This document shows positions 13,061 through 23,350 of a stretch of DNA of 64,000 nt, piece by piece. Both the position numbers and the translations under genes were made by a program. The stretch comes from Mobula hypostoma (lineage: Eukaryota): positions 9,054,001 to 9,118,000 of the forward strand of contig NC_086109.1 of assembly GCF_963921235.1 (NCBI RefSeq), given 5' to 3'. The first letter of the stretch is position 1. Each line of letters begins with the position of its first letter. Below the pieces are notes generated by a model. It had not been told where the DNA came from, did no database searches, and saw only the letters and a program-made list of their open reading frames with translations.

Positions 13061-14946
13061 ACTATTATTATTATTGTTGTATTTCTTTCTTTTTGTATTT
13101 GAACAGTTTGTTGTCTTCTGCACTCTGGTTGACCGCACACATTGGTGCAGTCTTTCTATCGTGGTTATTATCCTATCATCGATTTATTGGGTATGCCTAC
13201 AAGTAAATGAATCTCAGGGTTGTATATGGGAACGTATCTGTACTTTGATAATAAATTTAGTTTGAACATTAGCTTACTGTGAATGCTACTTACATGATGC
13301 CTATGACACTGCTGTAAGTGAACTTTGCCTTGGACCTGTGCAGAAATGCGCAATGAATTTGACTTTGACTTTCACAATGTAAAATCAAAGAGAACTTGTT
13401 GATCAAACTCCCTGGAGAGACTCTGAAGCTGATGGATATAGAAGTCTATATTCTGCAAAACAAGCCAGCATCATATCTGGAGACACTCCTGGAAGAAGAG
13501 GCTCATAAACCCATAGGACATCACATTTTGAAACCCTCGGATCAATGGTAACTCAATACAGTTTCAACAGTTACGTCGATACTTTGGGATGACAATGCTT
13601 CCAGTGAGTTACAGAGAATTTTCAAAGACCTGGATCTTCACACCAACATGCCAGACACCCATGACTGAATGTTAATCGCCACTGTCTCTGAGCTGCATTC
13701 ATGCATATGCAGACATCTCAGGTCAATTGTGTTTTGTGATATCACACCGGAGGAAATATTATATCATTTCTTAATAGATGCATTACTAAATGACAATAAA
13801 AGTGTCTTCATAATCTAAAAAAAATTGGGTGTCTCCTGGCTTGCAATCTGTCCCAGTCTGCAGCTCATTATTCTGAGCTGCATTTTAAATTCAAGCTGCA
13901 ATCCACATTCTGATGGATTTGCTGTTGAAACTAATATTTGCTATGTTCTATAACTCCAGAAACTTATTGAATATGCCCTATCAAGAACAAGAGAGGAAAC
14001 AGAGAGAAATCACACGCTGGTGCTTATGACCTGGAGGAAAGAAACTGCAGCCAGTGAAGGGAAATAGTCTGTACCACAACTTGGAAGGACAGTTTATTGT
14101 CTTTATTTAAGAATTATTTATTTTCACAAACTCCAAGACGACCACAAACTTGTCATGGCTTGGAGGCTTGCATGCCTGAATGAGCAGGAGACCTATGCTG
14201 GCTGGCGTCAAGCTTCAAGCTTTGGCTCTTGGTAGGGTCACCCATGCAAACAAGGTCAAAGGGCGAACAACCCTGACTGGTCAAACAAAACTGTCATGGA
14301 AACAGCAATGAAGAAGGCTTCTATGTTGAGTGGCCAAGAGCAGACAGAGACGGAGGACCTTCATTGCTGCCCTAAACGCCAGCGGCATAACGGGCATGAA
14401 GTGGGCATTTTTACATATAATGGGATTGTGGTTCCTTTGGATTTGATTTGATGTAAGATAAAACAGAGCAACTCACTCATAAACTTCATAAAGTTTTTTT
14501 TTCTAACAGCACATGGAAAATGGGAAAAAAGTGAATCTGATATCTTCAACACAAGATATTCTGGAAACCTTGAACAAGGCTCACAAAATGCTTGAGGAAC
14601 CCAGCAGGCCAGGCAGCATATATGGAGGGGAGTAAACGGTTGGTGTTTCAGGCTGGCACCCTTCATCGGGACTAGAAAGAAAGGGAGAAGAACCCAGAAG
14701 AAGGAGGTTGGGGAGGGGGGCAGGAAGGTAGGTAGAAGGTGATAGATGAAACCAGGTGGGTGGGAAAGGTAAAGGGCTGGAGAGGAAAGAATTTGATTGG
14801 AGAGGAGGGTGGACCATAGGAGAAAGGGAAGGAGGAGGGTACCCAGGGGAGCTGACAGAAGAGTGAGAAGAGGTAAGAGGTGAATATAAGAAGAGGGAAA
14901 GCCCTGTCATGTTCTATACATTCGGGAACCAGAATCAGGTTTAAAA

Positions 14947-15689
14947 TGTTACCTGTCCACAGTTTCATTTTCCAGGGAGTGCATAGTTTCATTTACTGTG
15001 GACATCATGTAACCCCAGATTTATTTTACTGAGGGTCCACAGTTTCGTTTCCGGGAGCATTACCTTATGACGTATGCCAATGGTATAAAAGAGATGTGGA
15101 CAGCGCTGAGAAGGAGTTGAAGGAAAAAGAGAGAGATTGCAGACTTCGAGCTATCAGGGAACAGTTCACAATCGAGAAGGGTAAGGTCTAATGCTGACCC
15201 ATACCCAAAGGATTGGGTTAATCAGCGGCACACTGTGCATTGTGGAGATGTGCCTGTCCTTTGTATGGTCCATGGGTGTGGATTTCGTGACAGTCACTTT
15301 GTGAAATCGCTCTTCATGGATTTCGGAACAGTATTCCTCGGCTGAGATCTTTGGTAACCGTTTCTTCATTCGCTAGCTTTGGAATTCGTCGTGATCGCCT
15401 CATTGCTGCACTGTGAATCCACCAGTCTCTCCTCACCTATTTTGTGAATTAATGGGACTCTCTGAACTGCCAGTTTACGACTGTGCTTGAGTAAGATTTG
15501 TTAAGAACGGGTTCTAAGTTTGACTGTAAGGGAGCTATAGACGCATAACACTGTTAACTTCTGTTTAAGAAAGTAATTTATTTCATTTTCTATATTTTTG
15601 AGTAGATGTAAATGAATTTAGTGGTTTTAATATTAAAACTCGACTCAATTTGTCATCTCTTGCTGCTGGTACGTTACGAAATTGTAACA
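14947..15689 (+). mobile_element. Solo LTR (Gypsy-like)
   Basis: Termini TGTTAC...GTAACA; TATA box GGTATAAAAG near 15083. It splits a host repeat (AGAATCAGGTTTAA|TATCACTGGCAT), leaving an imperfect 4-bp TSD (AAAA/AATA). Confidence 0.7.
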
Positions 15690-15736
15690 AATATCACTGG
15701 CATAAGTCGTGAAATGTTTTGTTTGTGGCGGCAATA

Positions 15737-16185
15737 TAGTCATAGTCATACTTTATTGATCCTGGGGGAAATTGGTTTTCGTTACAGTTGCACCATAAAT
15801 AATTAAATAGTAATAAAACCATAAATAGTTAAATAGTAATATGTAAATTATGCCAGGAAATAAGTCCAGGACCAGCCTATTGGCTCAGGGTGTCTGACCT
15901 TCCAAGGGAGGGGTTGTAAGGTTTGATGGCCACAGGCAGGAATGACTTCCTATGACGCTCTGTGTTGCATCTCGGTGGAATGAGTCTCTGGCTGAATGTA
16001 CTCCTGTGCCCAACCAGTACATTATGTAGTGGATGGGAGACATTGTCCAAGATGGCATGCAACTTGGACAGCATCCTCTTTTCAGACACCACCGTCAGAG
16101 AGTCCAGTTCCATCCCCACAACATCACTGGCCTTACGAATGAATTTGTTGATTCTGTTAGTGTCTGCTACCCTCAGCCTGCTGCA
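15737..16185 (-). mobile_element. Rex/Babar-type LINE 3' end, same family as 40785-41490
   Basis: RLRVADTNRINKFIRKASDVVG..ERHRKSFLPVAIK; near-identical to the plus-strand copy at 41030-41475. Confidence 0.85.
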
Positions 16186-16713
16186 ATTCATAATGAAAAC
16201 TATCAATTACAACAAGGAATATATTTTAAATGTAAATGAAACACATAGTGCAAAAAAAGAGAAAAGAATATTGGGGTGGTGTACTTCGGTTCATTGTCCA
16301 TTCAGAAATCTGATGGAGGAGGGGAAGAAGCTGTTGCTGAAGCGTTAAAACCAATAGGACTGTGGCCCCTGGGGTGGTGCACTACTACGGTAATTGAGGG
16401 ACTTCCTCATTCAACACAGCTGCTCCCCGTTCAGTAGCAGAAGAATCCTACATTGCGGTTCTTCTGTACTGAACCCCTGCGGTAGCTGCAGCGGCCTCAG
16501 TGCGCCCTCAGAATGTCCTCTCTCGGACGTGAGCCAGCATTCCTGTCTTTCAGAAGTAGGGTGCTGGCAGCAAAATACGCGGGACATCTCCAAAGGATGC
16601 GCCAATATCTCTTCGCAAACACGAGGAAATCTGCAGATGCTGGAAATCCAAGCAACACGCACAAAATGCTGGTGGAACGCAGCAGGCCAGGCAGCATCTA
16701 TAGGAGGAAGCAC

Positions 16714-16749
16714 AGTCGACGTTTCGGGTCGAGACCCTTCGTCAGGACT
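16714..16749 (-). ncRNA. Minimal type-I hammerhead ribozyme motif (intact core)
   Basis: Minus strand reads AGTC-CTGACGA-A-GGGT ctcg ACCC-GAAA-CG-TC|GACT. Stem I AGTC/GACT, CUGANGA and GAAA cores, perfect 4-bp stem II, palindromic ACGT stem III, GUC cleavage triplet. Confidence 0.8.
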
Positions 16750-16859
16750 AACGGAAGAAAGAGATAGTAAGAGATTTGAAAGTGGGAGGGGGAGGGGGAG
16801 ATCTGAAAAGATAGGAGAAGATTTTTGCCTATCAACTTCCCAGTCTCTTGGCTTCATCC

Positions 16860-17825
16860 ATAGAACCATAGAACATTACAGCACAGAAACAGGCCTTTCG
16901 GCCCTTCTTGGCTGTGCCGAACCATTTTTCTGCCTAGTCCCACTGACCTGCACACGGACCATATCCCTCTCATCCATGTACCTGTCCAAGTTTTTCTTAA
17001 ATGTTAAAAGTAAGCCTGCATTTACCACTTCATCTGGCAGCTCATTCCACACTCCCACCACTCTGTGTGAAGAAGCCCCCCCAACATTCACTTTAAACTT
17101 TTCCCCCTTCACCCTTAACCCATGTCCTCTGTTTTTCTTTCCCTAGCCTCAGTGCAAAGAGCCTGCTTGCATTCACTCTATCTATACCCACCATAATTTT
17201 ATATACCTCTATCAAATCTCCCCTCATTCTTCTATGCTCCAGGGAATAAAGTCCTAACCTATTCAACCTTTCTCTGTAACCCAGTTTCTCAAGTGCTGGC
17301 AACATCCTCGTAAACCTTCTCTGCACTCTTTCAACCTTGTTAATATCCTTCCTGTAATTTGGTGACCAAAACTGTACACAATACTCCAAATTCGGCCTCA
17401 CCAATGCCTTATACAACCTCATCATAACATTTCAGCTCTTATACTCAATACTTTGATTAATAAAGGCCAATGTACCAAAAGCTCTCTTTACGACCCTATC
17501 GACCTGTGACGCCACTTTTAGGGAATTTTGTATCTGTATTCCCAGATCCCTCTGTTCTACTGCACTCCTCGGTGCCCGACCATTTACCCTCTATGTTCTA
17601 CCTTGGTTTGTCCTTCCAAAGTGCAATACCTCACACTTGTCTGTATTAAACTCCATCTGTCATTTTTCCAGCTGGTCCAAATCCCTCTGCAAGCTTTGAA
17701 AACCTTCCTCACTGTCAACTACACCTCCAATCTTTGTATCATCAGCAAATTTGCTGATCCAATTTACCACATTATCATCCAGATCATTGATATAGATCAC
17801 AAATAACAATGGACCCAACACTGAT
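16860..17825 (-). mobile_element. CR1 LINE 3' end
   Basis: SVLGPLLFVIYINDLD..KFADDTKIGG, LYKALVRPNLEYCVQFWSP; 3' UTR ends in a TTCTATGG-type tail. Confidence 0.92.
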
Positions 17826-17905
17826 TCCCTTCTATCTTCTCCTATCATTTCGGTCTCTCCCTCCCTCTCCCACTTTCAAATCTCTTACCATCTCTTTCTT
17901 CTGTT

Positions 17906-17941
17906 AGTCCTGACGAAGGGTCTCGACCTGAAACGTCGACT
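17906..17941 (+). ncRNA. Minimal type-I hammerhead ribozyme motif
   Basis: AGTC-CTGACGA-A-GGGT ctcg ACCT-GAAA-CG-TC|GACT; one G-U wobble at the base of stem II. Confidence 0.7.
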
Positions 17942-18210
17942 GCACTACTTCCTATAGACTGCGTCCGGTGCTCCAGGTGCGGCCTTCTATATATTGGCAA
18001 GACCCGACGCAGGCTGGGAGACCATTTCGCTGAACACCTATGCTCTGTCCACCAGAGAAAGCAGGATCTCCCAGTGGCCACACATTTTAATTCCATGTCC
18101 CATTCCCATTCTGATATGTCTATCCACGGCCTCCTCTACTGTAAAGATGAAGCCACACTCAGGTTGGAGGAACAACACCTTATATTCCATCTGGGTAGCC
18201 TCCAACCTGA

Positions 18211-18815
18211 TACTTTATACTTTATTGTCGCCAAACAATTGATACTAGAACGTACAATCATCACAGCGATACTGTATTTGATTCTGCGCTTCCCACTCTC
18301 TGGATTACAAATCAATAGTAAATATTAAAAATTTAAATTATAAATCATAAATAGAAAAATGGAAAGTAAGGTAGTGCAAAAAAACCGAGAGGCAGGTCCG
18401 GATATTTGGAGGGTACAGCCCAGATCCGGGTCAGGATCCGTTCAGCAGTCTTATCACAGTTGAGGGACGAAAAGTGTGTTGGCTGGGTGGGTCGTATCCT
18501 TGATTATCCTGGCAGCACTGCTCCGACAGCGTGCGGTGTAAACTGAGTCCAAGGACGGAAGATTGGTTTGTGTGATGTGATGCGCCATGTTCACGGTCTT
18601 CTGCAGCTTCTTCTGGTCTTGGACAGGACAACTTCCATACCAGGTTGTGACGCACCCTAGAATAATGCTTTCTACAGTGCATCTATAAAAATTAGTGAGT
18701 GTTTTAGGGGACAGGCCAAATTTCCTTAGTTTTCTCAGGAAGTAAAGGCGCTGGTGGGCCTTCTTGGCAGTGGACTCTGCTTGGTTGGACTAAGTCAGGT
18801 CATTTGTGATATTGT
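18211..18815 (-). mobile_element. Rex/Babar-type LINE 3' fragment inserted in the Penelope fragment
   Basis: Minus strand reads AKKAHQRLYFLRKLRKFGL..FYRCTVESIIL. The Penelope GIY-YIG 3' sequence resumes at about 18818. Confidence 0.8.
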
Positions 18816-19429
18816 TCATGATGGCATGAACATTGACTTCTCTAACTTCCGTTAATGCCCCACCTCCCCCTCATACCCCATCCGTTATTTATTTATATAC
18901 ACACATTCTTTCTCTCTCTCTCCTTTTTCTCCCTCTGTCCCTCTGACTATACCTCTTGCCCATCCTCTGGGTTTTTCCCCCCTCCCCCATTTCCTTCTTC
19001 CTGGGCCTCCTGTCCCATGATCCTCTCATATCCTTTTTGCCAATCACCTGTCCATCTCTTGGCTCCATCCCTCCCCTCCTGTCTTCTCCTATCATTTCGG
19101 ATCTCCCCCTCCCACTTTCAAATCTCTTATAGCTTTTCTTTCAGTTAGTCCTGACGAAGGATCTCGGCCAGAAATATCGACTGTACCTCTTCCTAGAGAT
19201 GCTGCCTGGCCTGCTGTGTTCACTAGCAAACTTTGATGTGTGTTGCTACTTCCTATAGATGCTGCTCCACCAGCATTTTGTGTGTATTGCCAATATCTCC
19301 TCCCCCATTCCATACAGTGCGCTGCCCTACTGTACTGGAGATTAGGTGCAGGTGTAGTTGTATGACCCACAAGCTGCGCTGCAGAACACCTCCAACAAAG
19401 TTTCAACTAAGTTGAAACACAGTTTCAAC

Positions 19430-20400
19430 AAAGGCCACACTGCCCCCGTATTTGTCCCCCGCCCCCTGCTCGGCACTGCAGCTTGTAACACCGTGCACGG
19501 AGCAGGGAAGGAGTCTGAGGAGCTTTGGGTGTCGAGGAAGCGGAGGTGGGTGTGGTTTCAACTGGGGATCAGCTGACCCTGGGGTTTGGCTGCCGCCACA
19601 ACGCGGAGCGCTGGGCAAGGTGAGCTGGGGCGCCTACTCACATGTGAGGGGTTGCGGAGTTAAAGGTTATTGGTTTGTACGTACTTTAAACCCCGAGTTC
19701 CCTCTGTTAACCTTTTTCCCCCTAAGTCATTCATTCAGTAGAGTGGGAAATTCTCCCCGTTAGTGGTGTGTATGTTATTTGTAGTTTTATTGCCGAGCTC
19801 GTGTTAATTTTAGAGTCTCAGCAACTCGTGTACGAGTCCTGATGAAGGGTCTCGGCGCGAAACATCGACTGTTTATTCGCTTCCATAGATGCTGCCTGAC
19901 CCGCGGCAGCATTTTGTGTGTGTGTGTGTTGCCCGGCTTGTGGTCTGTTTGCCTTTTGGAGAAGATGGTGCTATCTTCCTGAGCGCGACCCGGGGCTGCT
20001 GTCCCTCGGCCGTGTCGCGGTGCTGCGCCGGGGTAAAGCAGGCTCCCCTGGAGTCCCGGGTTCGAGCCCGACCCCGACCTCGGGCGCTGTATGGAGTGTG
20101 CACACTCTGGGGTTCATACGCGCCTTTCGGCCCATCTCGTTACTACCAACCAAGGAGCCCGTCTAAACTAGTCCCGTTTGCCTGCAATCTGGACTATGTT
20201 CTGTAGTGAGCAGTCGCTGACACCGTGCAGTTGAATGCCGGCCATATTACTTGCCCAGGGAGTTGGTTTACTGTGTTCATCACCGCTATCCCCACCCCGA
20301 GCGCGAACGCCGAGGACGCACTGGGAGCGCTTTATAGTATCACTGGCTCTCTGCAGAACGGGCATCCGGAGCGACTCTTGGCACTTACAGGAGACTTCAC
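19430..20400 (+). promoter_or_regulatory. CpG-rich promoter and probable first (5' UTR) exon ending 19619 of the plus-strand gene
   Basis: CpG-dense. GC box near 19456-19465, ETS/PU-box GAGGAAG 19534-19540, RUNX TGTGGTTT 19551-19558, strong donor AAG|GTGAGC (GT at 19620-19621). Confidence 0.6.
19835..19870 (+). ncRNA. Hammerhead-like motif in a Penelope-derived short repeat
   Basis: AGTC-CTGATGA-A-GGGT ctcg GCGC-GAAA-CA-TC|GACT; cores intact, stem II and stem III imperfect. Confidence 0.55.
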
Positions 20401-22224
20401 GTGTTATATATTGTTTTTATTGTGCCTTTTATCTGCTTGTTGTGTTTTTATGGGGTATCTCATCTGGAATAACAATCATTTTGTTCTTGTACTGAAAAAT
20501 GGCAAACAATCCTCCAAACTTTTTCTTATCCAAAGATCTTTTAAATGTTGCTCTACCTCTCAACCATATCCTCTAGCAGCTCACTCCACCTTCCTAACCC
20601 CCTTTGTGTGATAGTCACCACTCTGGTCCTTTTAAAACTTGCCCCTCTCATCTTAAACCTATGCTCTCTAGCTTTGAACTCTCCGATCCTGGGGTTTAAA
20701 AAAAAAACTGTGACCATCCACTTTATATAATGCCCTTCTTAATCCTATAAATTTCGCTCCTGGGAGAACAGTCCCTGTTTATCCGATCTCTCCTCAGTGG
20801 CTGTGCAACCATTCGGAATTCCATGTCCCTCCCTGCCCTGCTCATTCCAGTCTCTCATAAACACAAGAGATTCTGCAGACCTGGCAATCTTGAGCAACCC
20901 ACAAACTGCCGGAGGAACACAGCAGGTCAGGCAGTATCTATGGAGAGGAATAAACAGGCAAGATACACGCACCAGGGGTGGCGAATCTGTGGAATTCATT
21001 GCCGCAGGGGGTTGTGGAGGCCGAGTCATTGGGTGCATTTAAAACAGAGGTTGATTGGTTCTTGATTAGTAAGGGCGTCAATCGTTACGGAGAGAACGGG
21101 GTTGAGAGGGAAAATAAATCGGCCATGACTGAATAGGCTGAGTGGCCCAATTCTGCGTTTTTGCCAAGACCCGCCTGTGTGTGTAGAGTCTGGGTGGGGG
21201 TTGGAGTTGGTGGAAGTGTGGGATTAGAGTGAATCAGTGCTCGACGGTAACTATGGACTGGAAAGGATGGAGTTCTGCTTCTTCGCGGTATTTATGTATG
21301 AGCCAGTGTAGGAAGTACTGTCTCCTGTGAGATGTAACTGAGGCCCATGCTGTCCTTGTAAATGGATGTAACTGGCCCTCTGGTTTTCTTTTAGGAATAG
21401 CTGTGTCTTGTTTTTCCCCTCAGTCACCGAGCTGTCGAATCATTGTTGTTTGGTGCTTGTGTGACCTTGTAGATTATTGTTGGCAGTGTTCCTTGCAGCA
21501 CAAGAAAGAATTGTGATGGTTTTTATAGGCATGTTTGTAACAGCATGGTGGATAATGATACAGCCTGGAATCAGGCCTTTTGGCCCAGCGAGTCTGTGCC
21601 AGCCCTGAAGCACTCATGTTGACCCTATTCCCACTTCAACCCCACCTTTTATTCTCTTCACATTCCTGTCAACTCCCCTTAGACTAGGGGTTCTCAACCT
21701 GGGGTACGTGGACAATAAGTTTACTTTTGAACTTTGAATTGGTGACCTGCAGTCACTGATGCATCTACCAGCCTGCCTGTGTGCTTTTTGGGTGTGGGAG
21801 CCAACTGGAGCACCCAGGGGAAACTCATGAGAGGGATAGTACATCAGCCACGGTCGAGGGGCAGAGCAGGCACGATGGGCAGAATGGCCTAATTTTGCTC
21901 CCCTGTCCTATGGTCTAATGTGGTCGCTGGGTGAACATGCAGTCTCTACACTGAGAGCACTGAAGATTGGAATTGGGCCTGGGTTGCTGGAGTTGTGAAC
22001 AGCAGGATCAATCTGTGTTGTGATCTGGAGAAACACACAATCTACTGGAGGAACCACATCTGTAGGAACAAGAGGAATTTCTTTTTATTCATTTTGATTC
22101 CGAGATAAGAGCACGGTAACTTGCTCTTCTGGCTGAATGAGCCAGTGACACCCAATTGCACCCAAGTGACCAACTGCTATTTAAATTAACTATTAAATAA
22201 ATATGCATATATTAATATACCTAT

Positions 22225-23350
22225 GAAACCCTGCTGGTTTCCTTGGCTGCGTAAGTCTAGGGAATACCCACTCCAGTCCTGCCAAACCCGTAAGATTGAG
22301 ATGGCTCTCATCCCAGAGCCCGGTTTGTGTGGATGCTGTGTAATTTGCTGCCCTGTTACAACTCCGTGCCAAGAAATAACAGATTAAAGGGATTATAACT
22401 AAGGCTATGGACAAATCCTGCTCCTCAGTGTCTAGGGAAACCCCGCAACCAGCCAACTACGTAAGCCAGTTTATGTGGAGGCTGTGTAAACACCCAATTC
22501 ACAGATCAGACAGAACATAAGCGGTTAAATATGTACACTTTATAAATCTTACTGCGAATATCGGTTAACAAAGAATACACTCTAAAAGAATAAAACAAAG
22601 AAAGGTGCCAAAGTTCGAATAGAGTTCTAAAAGTCAATGCACTTAAAGTTTCGTTGGAGCTCAATATCCCGCAGAACCTCGACCTTCTGTCCTCGGCCTC
22701 CGACGACCCGCATGGGACCAGTCCTCAGGTGGTCGACCAGTGCGCCTCCGAATGCGACCTTCCTCCGTCTTCTCCGCCCAAAAACCCACCAAACCACACG
22801 CTCCCCAGCCATATGAGACAGAATATCACCCACAAAAGGAATAACATGGACACTCATTGGTTCGACCTGCCCCTTATCAATAGTATAACCCAAACAAGCA
22901 GGGAGAGAGAGAACTCCTTCCATCGCAGTTATTATTACAGGAAAGCCCTTTTATATAACACACAAAGGAGCTTAGACACCTCAGCAGCCAGTGTAACTAA
23001 GACCCAGTTACATAACTACTAAATCTTAGCTGAAGGGTTAGTAATGAAAAGGAAGAAAAAAGCAAAAAGGGCCCATTATAATTAAGCAGTCAAATGTGCA
23101 CAAGTTGGAGCTCAACTCTTCGAAAAGTAATGTTCCAATCCTCAGTCGACTGTGGCAACTTGCTCCATGAAATCACGGTCCCCCACCGGGTCGAATCCTA
23201 TGACCGGTTCCCTCCAGCGTTTCCCTCTTCATCTTCCGCCAAACAAAGGACCCAGCTCACATTCCAACACACCCGTTATCTCTAACCATAACCCAAACAC
23301 TGCTTCTACACAAGGACCATCACGTTAACAGTGAATCCTTTCCCAGGGTG
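22225..23350. mobile_element. Two related LTR-like sequences, one nested in the other
   Basis: The motifs GTCTAGGGAA..CCCC..CCAGCC..CGTAAG..TGTGGA(T/G)GCTGTGTAA occur twice (about 22255 and 22430), as do later blocks. Termini and TSD not resolved. Confidence 0.4.

Larger units (their letters stand above)
16620..19295. mobile_element. Composite Penelope-like locus (inverted terminal-repeat arms + nested GIY-YIG fragment), interrupted by CR1 and Rex/Babar insertions
   Basis: Minus arm about 16620-16821; plus arm resumes near 17830. GIY-YIG fragment (RCSRCGLLYIGKTRRRLGDHFAEH..LEEQHLIFHLGSLQP) at 17959-18210; second 3' repeat at 18818-19245. Confidence 0.75.

Noticed and set aside
16394..17146. 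250-aa plus-strand ORF
   Set aside because: Chance read-through across antisense Penelope repeat and CR1 3' UTR; no domain features.
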